A DNA stretch of 64,000 nucleotides from Candidatus Saccharimonadales bacterium (GTDB lineage Bacteria > Patescibacteriota > Saccharimonadia > Saccharimonadales > JBBQAJ01), in assembly GCA_038316195.1 (NCBI GenBank), contig JBBQAJ010000002.1, positions 86,773-150,772 of the forward strand. Direction: 5' to 3'. This document shows, one piece after another, positions 10,039 to 19,618 of the stretch. Each line of letters begins with the position of its first letter. Position 1 is the stretch's first letter. Position numbers and translations under genes: made by a program. The notes below the pieces were generated by a model. It had not been told where the DNA came from, searched no databases, and was given only the letters and a program-made list of their open reading frames with translations.

Positions 10039-10727
10039 TGCTTTTCCTCCGTAGCTTTTATGTAATTTTGTCGGTTAGTTATAAATTTATCTATATCCAT
10101 AGGTAAATTTAGTTTTTCAACTCTTCTGATTCTTTCAAATAGACTGTCTGCAGTGTCGTCCTTGTGCACTTCAATTTTATGCTCAGCAACAATAGGACCG
10201 TCGTCATATTTCTCTGCTACAACATGTAGCGTTTGTCCTGCATATGGCAATTTATTATCTATTACATGGGACTGGATAAGTCTGCCATACAATCCTTTTG
10301 TTTCTGGTAACAGACCAGGATGAGTATTTAACATCATGGCCTGATAAGGGCTTTTGTATATATTTTTCCACCCATAGATATCGACCAATGTTGGTCCAAT
10401 ATGTTTTAAATATCCCATAAGCATTATCAATTCAAAATTATTTTGTTGTAACATTAAAAGTATTGCTTTTTCTTCTTCTAAAGTTTGATGTCCAGGTAAT
10501 GTATTTTCGTTGCGCCCAGCAGGATTTGTTTTACTGTTAATGAGTGCTGTTTTTATATCCAACCCGAATTGTTTATTGAGTTTTTTGATACGCTCAAATA
10601 TCCCAGCACCGGTATTGTTGCATATAACTAATACTACTTGGCTATTTGTTTTCCCTGTGGCACCAGATTTTATAAACGCTTCCGCAGTCGTCCCTTCTCC
10701 GGAGGCGAAAATAGCGATATTGTTCAT
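10035..10727 (-). CDS. purN: phosphoribosylglycinamide formyltransferase (divergent, with insertions)
   Basis: IAIFASGEGT, MLNTHPGLLP (Asn/His catalytic motif), YDDGPIV. Overlaps purD by 4 nt. Confidence 0.8.
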   Translation of the reverse strand: MNNIAIFASGEGTTAEAFIKSGATGKTNSQVVLVICNNTGAGIFERIKKLNKQFGLDIKTALINSKTNPAGRNENTLPGHQTLEEEKAILLMLQQNNFELIMLMGYLKHIGPTLVDIYGWKNIYKSPYQAMMLNTHPGLLPETKGLYGRLIQSHVIDNKLPYAGQTLHVVAEKYDDGPIVAEHKIEVHKDDTADSLFERIRRVEKLNLPMDIDKFITNRQNYIKATEEKQ

Positions 10728-10732
10728 ACTAA

Positions 10733-12232
10733 CTAAGCTAGTACCTTAAGTGCTTCAGTTTTAGGTTTGTCTTTAACGTCAGTTTTGTTTTTATGTGAAA
10801 TATTTTTTACCTTTTTTGCTGCGTTTCCGATATCTATTGGGTAAATGCCGTTGAAGCATGATGTTGAAAAAATGTTTTCTGATAATTTTGTTGCACGTAT
10901 CATGCCTTCGTAAGATAAAAAGTATAAAGAATCAGCTTCAATATATTCACAAATTTCATCTACATTTAATCTTGCAGAGATTAAATCATCTTGGTCAGGT
11001 GTATTTATACCGTAAAAATCGGGATATTTAACAGGGGGACAACTTATGACTACATGTATTTCTTTTGCGCCTGCTTCTCTTATCATATGTACAACCTGGC
11101 GCATAGTTGTTCCTCGTACTATAGAATCGTCAACAAGTACGACTCGCTTACCAGATATGCTTTCATTAACAGGGTTTAGTTTCATTTTTACATCTCTTCT
11201 TCTCATTTCAGCAGTAGGTTGGATGAATGTTCTGTGTATGTATCTGTTTTTTACAAGTCCCATATCAAAAGGCGTATTAGTTGCTTCAGCATAGCCAATT
11301 GCTGCAGGTATTGATGAATCGGGCACAGGGATAACTACGTCAGCTTTTACAGCATGCTCTTTGGCTATTTCCGCGCCAAACCTTTGACGAACGCTATTGA
11401 CTCGTTGACCAAGTAAAACGCTATCTGGTCGCGCAAAATAAACGAATTCGAATATATCCAGTTTTTGATTGCCAGGAACGATTTGTTCAGATTTTATTCC
11501 GTTTTTGTCAATTATAACCATTTCTCCTGGTAATACATCTCGTACATATTTGGCACCTATTGTTTCAAAGGCACAAGTTTCGGATGAAACTATATATGCA
11601 TCATTCATTTTTCCAATTGAAAGTGGCCTTATTCCACATTGGTCGCGAAAAGCAATAAGCTTATCTTTGTCCATTGCTACAGCAGAAAAAACTCCCTGAA
11701 ACAGGGGGTATGCGCTTTTAATTGCTTTTTCTAGTACTTGGCCCTTCGCAATGAAAATATCTATTGCCACAGCCATCATATGTGAGTCGTTTAAATGGTC
11801 TGTCACTACATTGTTTTTCTGAAGAAATTTAACTAACGAATCAGTGTCAGGTAAGTTGCCATTATGTGCAAATGCAAACGATTTATCTAGGTTAATGATG
11901 GGCTGGTTGTAGTTTTCGCGTGCATCACCTGAAGTTGCATATCGATTGTGGCCGATCGATATATATCCAGGTAAATTGTCTAAATCTTCTTCACGGTATA
12001 CATTCGCAACTAATCCATTGGCTGCGTGTCGATAGATTTTTTCCCCATCGGAGCTGGCTATGCCAGAACTTTCCTGACCTCTGTGTTGGAGTGCCCAAAG
12101 TCCGTAATAAGTAATACGTGCTGCTTCGTTATTTGGCCCAAAAATGCCAAATACGGCACACTTTTCTGTGAGGGCGTGATTACCTGCCATGTTTTTTTGA
12201 TAAATAAGTAATAGAGACTTGGTTCTTCCCAT
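10733..12232 (-). CDS. purF: amidophosphoribosyltransferase
   Basis: Ntn-type CAVFGIFG preceded by a short propeptide, and PRTase motif VLVDDSIVRGTT. The real start may be the internal ATG at 12190 (MAGNHALTEK-C...); neither start has a clear SD. Confidence 0.93.
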   Translation of the reverse strand: MGRTKSLLLIYQKNMAGNHALTEKCAVFGIFGPNNEAARITYYGLWALQHRGQESSGIASSDGEKIYRHAANGLVANVYREEDLDNLPGYISIGHNRYATSGDARENYNQPIINLDKSFAFAHNGNLPDTDSLVKFLQKNNVVTDHLNDSHMMAVAIDIFIAKGQVLEKAIKSAYPLFQGVFSAVAMDKDKLIAFRDQCGIRPLSIGKMNDAYIVSSETCAFETIGAKYVRDVLPGEMVIIDKNGIKSEQIVPGNQKLDIFEFVYFARPDSVLLGQRVNSVRQRFGAEIAKEHAVKADVVIPVPDSSIPAAIGYAEATNTPFDMGLVKNRYIHRTFIQPTAEMRRRDVKMKLNPVNESISGKRVVLVDDSIVRGTTMRQVVHMIREAGAKEIHVVISCPPVKYPDFYGINTPDQDDLISARLNVDEICEYIEADSLYFLSYEGMIRATKLSENIFSTSCFNGIYPIDIGNAAKKVKNISHKNKTDVKDKPKTEALKVLA

Positions 12233-12296
12233 CTGTACATATCATACCATTTACGCTTTTATGTGCAAGTATTATGCAAAAGAAAATAAATGGATT

Positions 12297-13142
12297 TTAG
12301 GATGTTTGAGCAGATAATATTGTTTGTTGCAAAAGTAGTGCAGTTGTAACTGGTCCAACCCCACCTGGTACAGGTGATAATGCCCCTGCTTTATATTGTA
12401 CTGACAGACTATCAACATCACCAACCAAACTTCCATCTTCCGATGCATTTGTTCCTACGTCTATGACAATAGATCCTTTTTTAACAAATTCAGCTGTAAT
12501 CATCTTTGGTTTCCCGATCGCAACTATAAGTATGTCAGCTTGGCTTGTTATTGCGCTCAGATTACGTGTTTTTGAATGGCAAATTGTGACAGTTGCATCT
12601 TTTGACAATAATAGCTGAGCTAAGGGCTTGCCAACAATCATACTTCTGCCAATAATCACAGTATGAGTACCTGCAACTGGCACGTCATATCTGTTTAAAA
12701 TCTCCATTACTGCCACTGCAGTTGTTGGTGAAAAAGCTTCTATACCACTGACAACTCGACCTGCGCTCAAAGGGTTCGCGCCATCTACGTCTTTATCTGG
12801 TGGAATTAGCCCTCGCAAGGCGTTCGCGTCTGACCCAGGAGGTAATGGAGTTTGCAAAATAATTCCATGAACACTTGAGTCAACAGCCAAGCGCTTAATT
12901 TCATTTGATATCTCTTCATCAGACGCGTCCGACTTTAATCGAACAACATCAACTTTAACATCCGTTTTTTCACCAGCGCTTACAATGTGGCGAACGTAAT
13001 AATCTGTACTGTCATCGTCAGTTGCAACTACTACGGCTAAGGTTGTAATTATACCTTTAGATTTTAAATATTTTGAAGATTTTAAAATGCTTTCACGAAT
13101 CTCAAATGCCAAACTTTTACCACTTAACACTTCCACGCTCAT
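12297..13142 (-). CDS. folD: bifunctional methylene-THF dehydrogenase / methenyl-THF cyclohydrolase
   Basis: 281 aa with GRSMIVGKPLAQLL and PVPGGVGPVT motifs. Confidence 0.9.
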   Translation of the reverse strand: MSVEVLSGKSLAFEIRESILKSSKYLKSKGIITTLAVVVATDDDSTDYYVRHIVSAGEKTDVKVDVVRLKSDASDEEISNEIKRLAVDSSVHGIILQTPLPPGSDANALRGLIPPDKDVDGANPLSAGRVVSGIEAFSPTTAVAVMEILNRYDVPVAGTHTVIIGRSMIVGKPLAQLLLSKDATVTICHSKTRNLSAITSQADILIVAIGKPKMITAEFVKKGSIVIDVGTNASEDGSLVGDVDSLSVQYKAGALSPVPGGVGPVTTALLLQQTILSAQTS

Positions 13143-13762
13143 GAGTTCTCCATTTTATCTCGTACATTTTCAATTACCCCATCGGCATCCTGGATAGCAT
13201 CTGTTGCATCTTCAATTGATGCTATTAATTTGCTTCTTATAGTTTCATCTTCAATTGAGAACATGTTAATTTCTATATTTATTATTGCTGACTCTAATGC
13301 AGCTTTGGCCAAAGAAGCTCCCACAGCTACATCAGAAATTACATTTGGATTACCTTTTTCGGCAAGTTCTACAGCAAGAGCAATAGTATTCGCGGCTAAA
13401 AGTGCTGTCTTGATTGGTGGTTTTGTGGCGTTGAGTAGAGCCGTCTGAATTGCTAATTTTCGCTTGGATTTTTCAACGTCAGTATCTTTGGGTAATTTAT
13501 AGGCGCTGCCCACTGTATTAAATGCCGCAGCATCTTCATCAATAAGGCCTAAGCCCTGTGATCGAATTTTGCTCAGTTCAAAGCCAATTATATTCATTCT
13601 AGCTTCAACGTCCTGCCATTTTTGACCTGTAGTATACGCTGCAACCATGCCCAATTGAGCAGCAGAAATTGCCAATGATAGTGCTGCAACTGCCCCACCA
13701 CCAGGAGTAGGACTTTTTGCTGCCAATTCTTCTAGCCAGCCAGACATCTCTATAGCATGCAT
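13139..13762 (-). CDS. cyclodeaminase/cyclohydrolase family protein (FTCD C-terminal domain, FchA-like)
   Basis: LAAKSPTPGGGAVAALSLAISAAQLGMVA is typical of the formiminotransferase-cyclodeaminase C-domain. Overlaps folD by 4 nt. Confidence 0.7.
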   Translation of the reverse strand: MHAIEMSGWLEELAAKSPTPGGGAVAALSLAISAAQLGMVAAYTTGQKWQDVEARMNIIGFELSKIRSQGLGLIDEDAAAFNTVGSAYKLPKDTDVEKSKRKLAIQTALLNATKPPIKTALLAANTIALAVELAEKGNPNVISDVAVGASLAKAALESAIINIEINMFSIEDETIRSKLIASIEDATDAIQDADGVIENVRDKMENS

Positions 13763-14259
13763 TATGAGTTGCCTTTTGATTGTACGTTTGTGTCGATTTT
13801 TACGACTTCATCATGCATTTTTTTACGGTACTCTGCGTATCTTTGTGCTAGATTACTGTCTAACAAACCCAAAATTTCAACTGCCATTAGTCCAGCATTT
13901 TTAGCCCCATTTTCAGGCATAACAGAAAGTGGCACCCCAGGTGGCATTTTTATACTAGACCACAATGCCTCATGGTCTTCTGGATTTCTTTTAATTGGCA
14001 CTGCTAGTACAGGTAGCAGGGTTTCAGAAGCTGTCATGCCAGGCAAATGTGCTGAACCACCTGCACCAGCAATTATGACTTTGAGGCCTCTTGAGTATGC
14101 TTCTTGAGCATACGCTGTCATAACATCGGGAGTTCTATGAGCAGAAACTATTCGCATCTCGTTTACGACTCCAAATTCGTCCAAAATTTTGCTTGCTTCC
14201 GCCATGATGTCCATGTCTGAGTCTGAGCCCATAATTATGCCTACTAGTGGATTTGCCAT
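13762..14259 (-). CDS. purE: N5-carboxyaminoimidazole ribonucleotide mutase (class I PurE)
   Basis: VGIIMGSDSD, SAHRTP and GGSAHLPGM motifs. A purK is present in the same locus. Confidence 0.9.
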   Translation of the reverse strand: MANPLVGIIMGSDSDMDIMAEASKILDEFGVVNEMRIVSAHRTPDVMTAYAQEAYSRGLKVIIAGAGGSAHLPGMTASETLLPVLAVPIKRNPEDHEALWSSIKMPPGVPLSVMPENGAKNAGLMAVEILGLLDSNLAQRYAEYRKKMHDEVVKIDTNVQSKGNS

Positions 14260-14919
14260 CTAAGTCTCCTCTATTATTTGTATTATCTCATGTAATGAAT
14301 GAACAAGCACATCCGGTTTTGCTGCCTTTAATCTTTTTGTTGAATTGTAGCCTCCTGTAATTGAAACTGTTTTTAACCCCATGCTTTTGCCAATTTGAAT
14401 TTCTTCAATCGTATCACCAACAATTATTGCCGAGGATGGGTTGATGCCATTTGATTTTATATATTCTTCAAGCCGATGTTGCTTGCCTTTAAAATGTGCC
14501 CCATCTAGAACATCATTTGCTAGTATTGAATCAAAATATGTTGATAATTTGAGACGTTCGAGCTGAAAATATATTCCTTCAACTGTGTGGTTGCTGAGTA
14601 TAATTTTAGAATATCCTTTTGTATCAAGAGATTTTAGTGTTGTTCTTGCGCCAGATCTTGTCCGGGCTCGTGCAACTCGAGGTTCATAGAATGAATGAAA
14701 TGCTTTTGCCATTTCTGTAGATTTTTCTCTAAATAATTCTTTGCTAACTCCAAAATGTTTGTAGAATTTTGCCATTGGGACTTCAAAAAGTCTCTGATAA
14801 TCTCTAACTGTAATTGGTGGCAACCCAAGAACCTGCAATTCTTTGTTTGTGCCTTCAACCACAGGCCCCGTGTCTGCAAGTAGTGTCCCATTCCAGTCAA
14901 AAATAACGAGTTTAATCAT
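14260..14919 (-). CDS. HAD-superfamily hydrolase with atypical motif I (DWNGT)
   Basis: VIFDWNGTL (motif I), ILSNHT (motif II), KGKQ (motif III Lys), VGDTIEE (motif IV). Packed between purE and purK with 0 and 4 nt junctions. Confidence 0.7.
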   Translation of the reverse strand: MIKLVIFDWNGTLLADTGPVVEGTNKELQVLGLPPITVRDYQRLFEVPMAKFYKHFGVSKELFREKSTEMAKAFHSFYEPRVARARTRSGARTTLKSLDTKGYSKIILSNHTVEGIYFQLERLKLSTYFDSILANDVLDGAHFKGKQHRLEEYIKSNGINPSSAIIVGDTIEEIQIGKSMGLKTVSITGGYNSTKRLKAAKPDVLVHSLHEIIQIIEET

Positions 14920-16046
14920 ATTACTATCGAGGCTCTGGCTTTAAGTGCTTTATCTTTTGCTTCTTTTATAGTTCTTCCAGTGGCAGTTATATGACCCATT
15001 TTGCGATCAATTTTAGTAGGAGATTTACCATAAAGGTGTATATGAACATCAGGAGTATTTTCAAGATTTGTGTCACTAGTTACGAGCGTTTCACCGTCCC
15101 TTTCGCCCAATATGTTTATCATTACAGCGGCAGGTACTATCATTTCTGTTGAGCCTAATTCCATACCTGTAATTGCTCGTATGTGTTGATCAAACTGTGA
15201 AGTTTTGCAAGCTTCTATAGTGTAGTGGCCACTATTGTGAACTCTAGGTGCAATTTCATTTACTAGCACCTTCCCGTCTGCAGTTAAGAACATCTCAATA
15301 CCAAATGTTCCTACGCTATTTAATTTGCGTACTACCATTTTTGCTAAATCTTCCACTTTTTTAGTAATACCCTTACCAATGTCGGCAGGTGTTTGAGTTT
15401 CTATGCAAATGTTCCTATCATGAAACGTTTCAGTAACTGGAAATTTTTTTATGTTCCCCTCAGTACTCATGGCGACCATAACTGCGAGTTCTTTGCTAAA
15501 TGGAACGAAAGCTTCGGCGTACAATTCCCTACCTTCAAATTGTTTTAATGCTACCTTGAGTTCTTTCAGGTTTGTTACTACTGCATTCCCACGTCCATCG
15601 TATGCGCCATGTTTTGCCTTAATCAACATCTTGTTTCCAAAATATTTTAGTGCCTCTTTTGCTTCAGATTCAGATTTAATATCTCTAAAATCAGCTACTG
15701 CAAAGCCGTTTTTATGTAAAAATATTTTTTGATTATATTTATCTTGAATCAGTTTAATTACTTCTGGTCTAGGAAAAATATTTTTGTTTTTGGCTATAAT
15801 TTTTAAAGCATCGGCGTTTAAATGTTCAATCTCGATTGTTATTAAGTCTGTAACTTTTGCCAGGTGTTCCAGCGCTGTTTGATCATACAGGTCTCCAATA
15901 ATTTCCTGAGCACCTACCTGAGATGCAGGAGAATTATCTGATGAGTTTAATACCACAACTTTGAAATCTAGTTTGACTGCGGCCTGAGTTAGCATTCTTC
16001 CTAATTGCCCGCCACCGACTATACCTATAGTTTTTGACTGCCTCAT
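14916..16046 (-). CDS. purK: N5-carboxyaminoimidazole ribonucleotide synthase
   Basis: IGIVGGGQLGRM N-terminus, ATP-grasp core, 376 aa. Confidence 0.9.
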   Translation of the reverse strand: MRQSKTIGIVGGGQLGRMLTQAAVKLDFKVVVLNSSDNSPASQVGAQEIIGDLYDQTALEHLAKVTDLITIEIEHLNADALKIIAKNKNIFPRPEVIKLIQDKYNQKIFLHKNGFAVADFRDIKSESEAKEALKYFGNKMLIKAKHGAYDGRGNAVVTNLKELKVALKQFEGRELYAEAFVPFSKELAVMVAMSTEGNIKKFPVTETFHDRNICIETQTPADIGKGITKKVEDLAKMVVRKLNSVGTFGIEMFLTADGKVLVNEIAPRVHNSGHYTIEACKTSQFDQHIRAITGMELGSTEMIVPAAVMINILGERDGETLVTSDTNLENTPDVHIHLYGKSPTKIDRKMGHITATGRTIKEAKDKALKARASIVI

Positions 16047-16092
16047 TAACGTATATCTTAACTCAATAAGGTGTTAAAATACATATACAAAG

Positions 16093-17049
16093 ATGGCAAC
16101 TATAGATAAAACTAATTTTGATTTCCTAGGACAAATAGCTTTTCATCATGGTAAAGTGCGAGATTTGTATGATTTAAACGACAAGATAGTTTTTGTTACA
16201 TCTGATAGATACTCAGCTTTTGACAGAATTCTTGCATCGGTTCCACATAAAGGTGAACTTTTGACAGCGATTACCTTGTGGTGGTTCGAACAATCAAAAC
16301 ACATTATAAAAAATCATATAATTTCAAGCCCAGACCCAAACGTGTTAATTGTAAAAAAGTATAAAGTGATACCAATAGAAATGGTAGTGCGAGGATACAT
16401 CACAGGAGTAACTAATACTTCGCTCTGGCATAATTATAGTAACGGTCAAAGAAATTTTGGAGATTTTACACTACCTGAAGGATTACGTAAAAACCATAAA
16501 TTACCCAGTCCAGTGTTTACCCCAACGACTAAATTTGAAGAGCATGACAGACCCCTTACGCCACAAGAAGCTGTTGAAGAAGGATTAGTTAGCCAAGATA
16601 TTTGGGATAGTCTACAAAAAATCGCGTTAGAATTATTCACATTTGGTCAAAAAATCGCTGCTGAAAATGGTTTAATTTTAGTAGATACTAAATACGAATT
16701 TGGATTAGACGAAAACGGCAAAATTATTTTGATCGACGAAATCCACACCCCTGATTCTTCCAGATATTGGTCGGCAGATAGTTATAAGCAAAGTATTATT
16801 GAAGGTGTCGAACCAGAAAATTATGACAAAGAGTTTCTGCGCCTGTGGTTCAAAGAAAGATTTGATCCATATATGGATAAAGAAGCACCTGAACCATTTC
16901 CAGAAATTATTACTGAGCTTTCCAATAGATACGTATATGTTTATGAGCATTTGACAGGTAAGAAGTTTATACCTACAAATGACTCAGAAGATGTACTCAA
17001 AAGAATTGAATCAAACGTAACCAAAGAGTTAGAGAGGCTAAAAAAATGA
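16093..17049 (+). CDS. purC: SAICAR synthase (long form)
   Basis: GKVRDLY, SDRYSAFD and LVDTKYEFG motifs; 318 aa. Confidence 0.9.
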   Translation: MATIDKTNFDFLGQIAFHHGKVRDLYDLNDKIVFVTSDRYSAFDRILASVPHKGELLTAITLWWFEQSKHIIKNHIISSPDPNVLIVKKYKVIPIEMVVRGYITGVTNTSLWHNYSNGQRNFGDFTLPEGLRKNHKLPSPVFTPTTKFEEHDRPLTPQEAVEEGLVSQDIWDSLQKIALELFTFGQKIAAENGLILVDTKYEFGLDENGKIILIDEIHTPDSSRYWSADSYKQSIIEGVEPENYDKEFLRLWFKERFDPYMDKEAPEPFPEIITELSNRYVYVYEHLTGKKFIPTNDSEDVLKRIESNVTKELERLKK

Positions 17050-18440
17050 ATCCAATTACATTACCAGATCCACCAAAAGAGCAAAATTTTTATTCGATTG
17101 ATCCACTTGATGGTCGATATTATGACTCTGAAGTTACAAAATATTTATCTGAATCGAGTCGCATAGTTTACCAGGCATATATAGAATCTGCTTTAGCACT
17201 TTCACTTTCTGAGCAAGGAATATGTAGCAAAGATGTTGCTAAAGAGATTGAGAGATCGGCTTGTAAAATAACGGCCGAAGAAGTGGCAAAAGAAGAACAA
17301 TTGACTAAGCATGATGTTAAGGCACTTGTGAACTGTATTAAAAAGGGCGTAAGTGATGACGCGAAACCATTTGTGCATTTCGGTGCAACATCATATGACA
17401 TTGTTGCCAGTGCATCTGCATTGCAGTTAAGAGATTTTATTCAAAAAGTAATTATCCCCCGCCAAAAAGCACTTGTCCAAACACTTATTAAAATAGCTGA
17501 GGAGCATGCTGAAACTGTGCAGATTGGTAGAACGCATGGTCAGCACGCTGTTCCAATTACTTTTGGGTTTGCAATTGCTGAATATGTACAGCGATTAGGT
17601 TCGAGTGCTAGATCACTGGATGTATTGAGTAGTAAATTAGTCGGAAAATTTTCCGGTGCAGTTGGGGCATACAATGCACTGAGTATATTTGTGGATGATC
17701 CAATGGCATTTGAAAAATCTGTACTTAACAAAGTTGGACTAGAGCCTGCTGAATATTCAACTCAGATTGTTCCTGCTGACTCTACGGTTAGACTCATGGC
17801 TGAATTAACAGTTTCATCGGGAATTATGGCAAACCTTGCTCATGACATGCGGCATTTACAGCGAAGCGAAATAGCTGAAACACGGGAAAAATTTGAAGTC
17901 GGCCAAACCGGGAGTTCTACTATGGCACACAAAAGAAATCCATGGAACTTTGAAAATGTAGTGAGCATGAGTAAGCAAGTATTATCACAAAGTGTAAACG
18001 CTTTCCAAAACCTATCTAGTGAACACCAACGAGATTTAACAGATTCCGCTTCCGCTAGATTCTACACAATTGCTTTTGCAAGTGTAGCTTCAATGGCAAA
18101 ACGTTTAGATGAAATTATGAATAAATTAGAAGTTGACACTGAAGCTATGCAAAATAATCTCAAACAAAGTGGGGGTGCAATTGCAGCTGAACCTCTATAC
18201 TTGTTGTTTGAAAAGTATGGCCACACACAAGCTCATGAAAAATCAAAAGTCCTTTCTCATAAGTCACTAGAAGAAAATACTTCATTAGTAGAAGTAATTA
18301 TTTCAGATCCTGAAGCGTCTGAATTTTGGGAAAAATTTACAGATAAAGAAAAGCAAATAATTGAAACTCCAGAAATCCATTATATTGGGTTAGCCGCACA
18401 AAAAACACGTGAAATAGTATCTAAATGGAAATCTAATTAG
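17046..18440 (+). CDS. purB: adenylosuccinate lyase
   Basis: Fumarate-lyase signature GSSTMAHKRNP; 464 aa. Overlaps purC by 4 nt. Confidence 0.9.
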   Translation: MNPITLPDPPKEQNFYSIDPLDGRYYDSEVTKYLSESSRIVYQAYIESALALSLSEQGICSKDVAKEIERSACKITAEEVAKEEQLTKHDVKALVNCIKKGVSDDAKPFVHFGATSYDIVASASALQLRDFIQKVIIPRQKALVQTLIKIAEEHAETVQIGRTHGQHAVPITFGFAIAEYVQRLGSSARSLDVLSSKLVGKFSGAVGAYNALSIFVDDPMAFEKSVLNKVGLEPAEYSTQIVPADSTVRLMAELTVSSGIMANLAHDMRHLQRSEIAETREKFEVGQTGSSTMAHKRNPWNFENVVSMSKQVLSQSVNAFQNLSSEHQRDLTDSASARFYTIAFASVASMAKRLDEIMNKLEVDTEAMQNNLKQSGGAIAAEPLYLLFEKYGHTQAHEKSKVLSHKSLEENTSLVEVIISDPEASEFWEKFTDKEKQIIETPEIHYIGLAAQKTREIVSKWKSN

Positions 18441-19566
18441 GATTAAATCTTAACCATGGTTCCTGAGCTTTATTTAGTCCCTGATTTGCAATTTTAATTT
18501 GGGGTTCCTGAGTTATCTCGCCGATAATTTTGGCTTGAATGTTATGAGCCCTCGCTATTTTGATAGTCTCGTCCGGGTTTGGAGTTATTATTGCCATTCC
18601 CTGTCCCATGTTCCAGGTGCGATATGCTTCTTCGTCAGATACTCCACCTATTTTTTGGCAAAATGTCATTAATTGTGAAGGTTCATAAGTATTGCTAATA
18701 TTCGCTCCTAAACCCGAAGGCTTTAGAACTCTGCCCAATTTACCAGGTAAGCCACTACCGGTTATGTGGGCTACTCCGTGGAGTTCGACTTTAGGTGAAA
18801 TCCCCGGATCCGCTCCACCGAACATCTCTACCACAGATTTGCTATAAATAATTGATGGTTCGAGGGCCATATCAATTAGTTTTTTCCCATCCAATATCTC
18901 ACTTGTCCAGTTGTTACCGTATTTGTCATAGAGTACCTTACGAAGTAATGAAAAGCCATTAGAGCGAAACCCAGGTTCTTGAAAACCAACAATGCTGTCT
19001 CCAACTTCTACTTTGTGACCAGTAATCATCTTGTCTTTGTGGGCAAACCATACAAGTGCTGAGCCCCAGTTGAAGCCAAATTTATCACCACCACCTACTA
19101 AGTTTCCGAGTTGTGCTACTTCGCCATTTATAATTGCTACATTTGCCTCGTTAGCAGCCTTTATGTAGCCGTTAGCGAGCTGTTGAACAGCTTCGAGTCG
19201 TGATTCATCTTGCCCAAGCGAGTTAGTGTCCAGAATAGATCCAAGTAAGACTGGTTCTGCTCCTCGTACGACTGCGTCATCACAAACCATAGCAACTAAG
19301 TCATATCCTAAAGTGTCGTATTTGCCGGATAGCATTGCTAGTTCTGCTTTTGTACCTATGCCGTCAAACCCAATATTTAACATAGTTCCAGTTGGTAAAT
19401 TACCAACATTAATTGCTCGTATTCCTGAATAATCATCGAACGGTACTATAACTTCACCGAGTGTCCCTTTGCGACCCTGCCAAGTTTGTTTTGCAGCTTG
19501 ATACATAATCTTAGCCGCTTGTTCTTCAATATTTACGTCAACTCCAGAATCCGAATATGTAGTCAT
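18433..19566 (-). CDS. purM: phosphoribosylformylglycinamidine cyclo-ligase (AIR synthase)
   Basis: GFDGIGTK motif and AIRS N/C domain order; 377 aa. Confidence 0.9.
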   Translation of the reverse strand: MTTYSDSGVDVNIEEQAAKIMYQAAKQTWQGRKGTLGEVIVPFDDYSGIRAINVGNLPTGTMLNIGFDGIGTKAELAMLSGKYDTLGYDLVAMVCDDAVVRGAEPVLLGSILDTNSLGQDESRLEAVQQLANGYIKAANEANVAIINGEVAQLGNLVGGGDKFGFNWGSALVWFAHKDKMITGHKVEVGDSIVGFQEPGFRSNGFSLLRKVLYDKYGNNWTSEILDGKKLIDMALEPSIIYSKSVVEMFGGADPGISPKVELHGVAHITGSGLPGKLGRVLKPSGLGANISNTYEPSQLMTFCQKIGGVSDEEAYRTWNMGQGMAIITPNPDETIKIARAHNIQAKIIGEITQEPQIKIANQGLNKAQEPWLRFNPN

Positions 19567-19618
19567 TGTATGCTCAAGTATATATGTTTTTTAACTTCTC
19601 AAGAAGTATAAAAAATAT

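Noticed and set aside
14634-14900. 88-aa same-strand alternative-frame ORF within the HAD gene
   Set aside because: An out-of-frame overlap with a gene that has all four HAD motifs, and there is no start context. Overprinting in a 660-bp gene is unlikely.
19594-19607. Inverted repeat ACTTCT-CA-AGAAGT between the purH stop and the purM start
   Set aside because: The 2-nt spacer is too small for a hairpin loop and there is no T-run. A 6-bp palindrome in AT-rich DNA is easily chance. It could be an operator but has no support.
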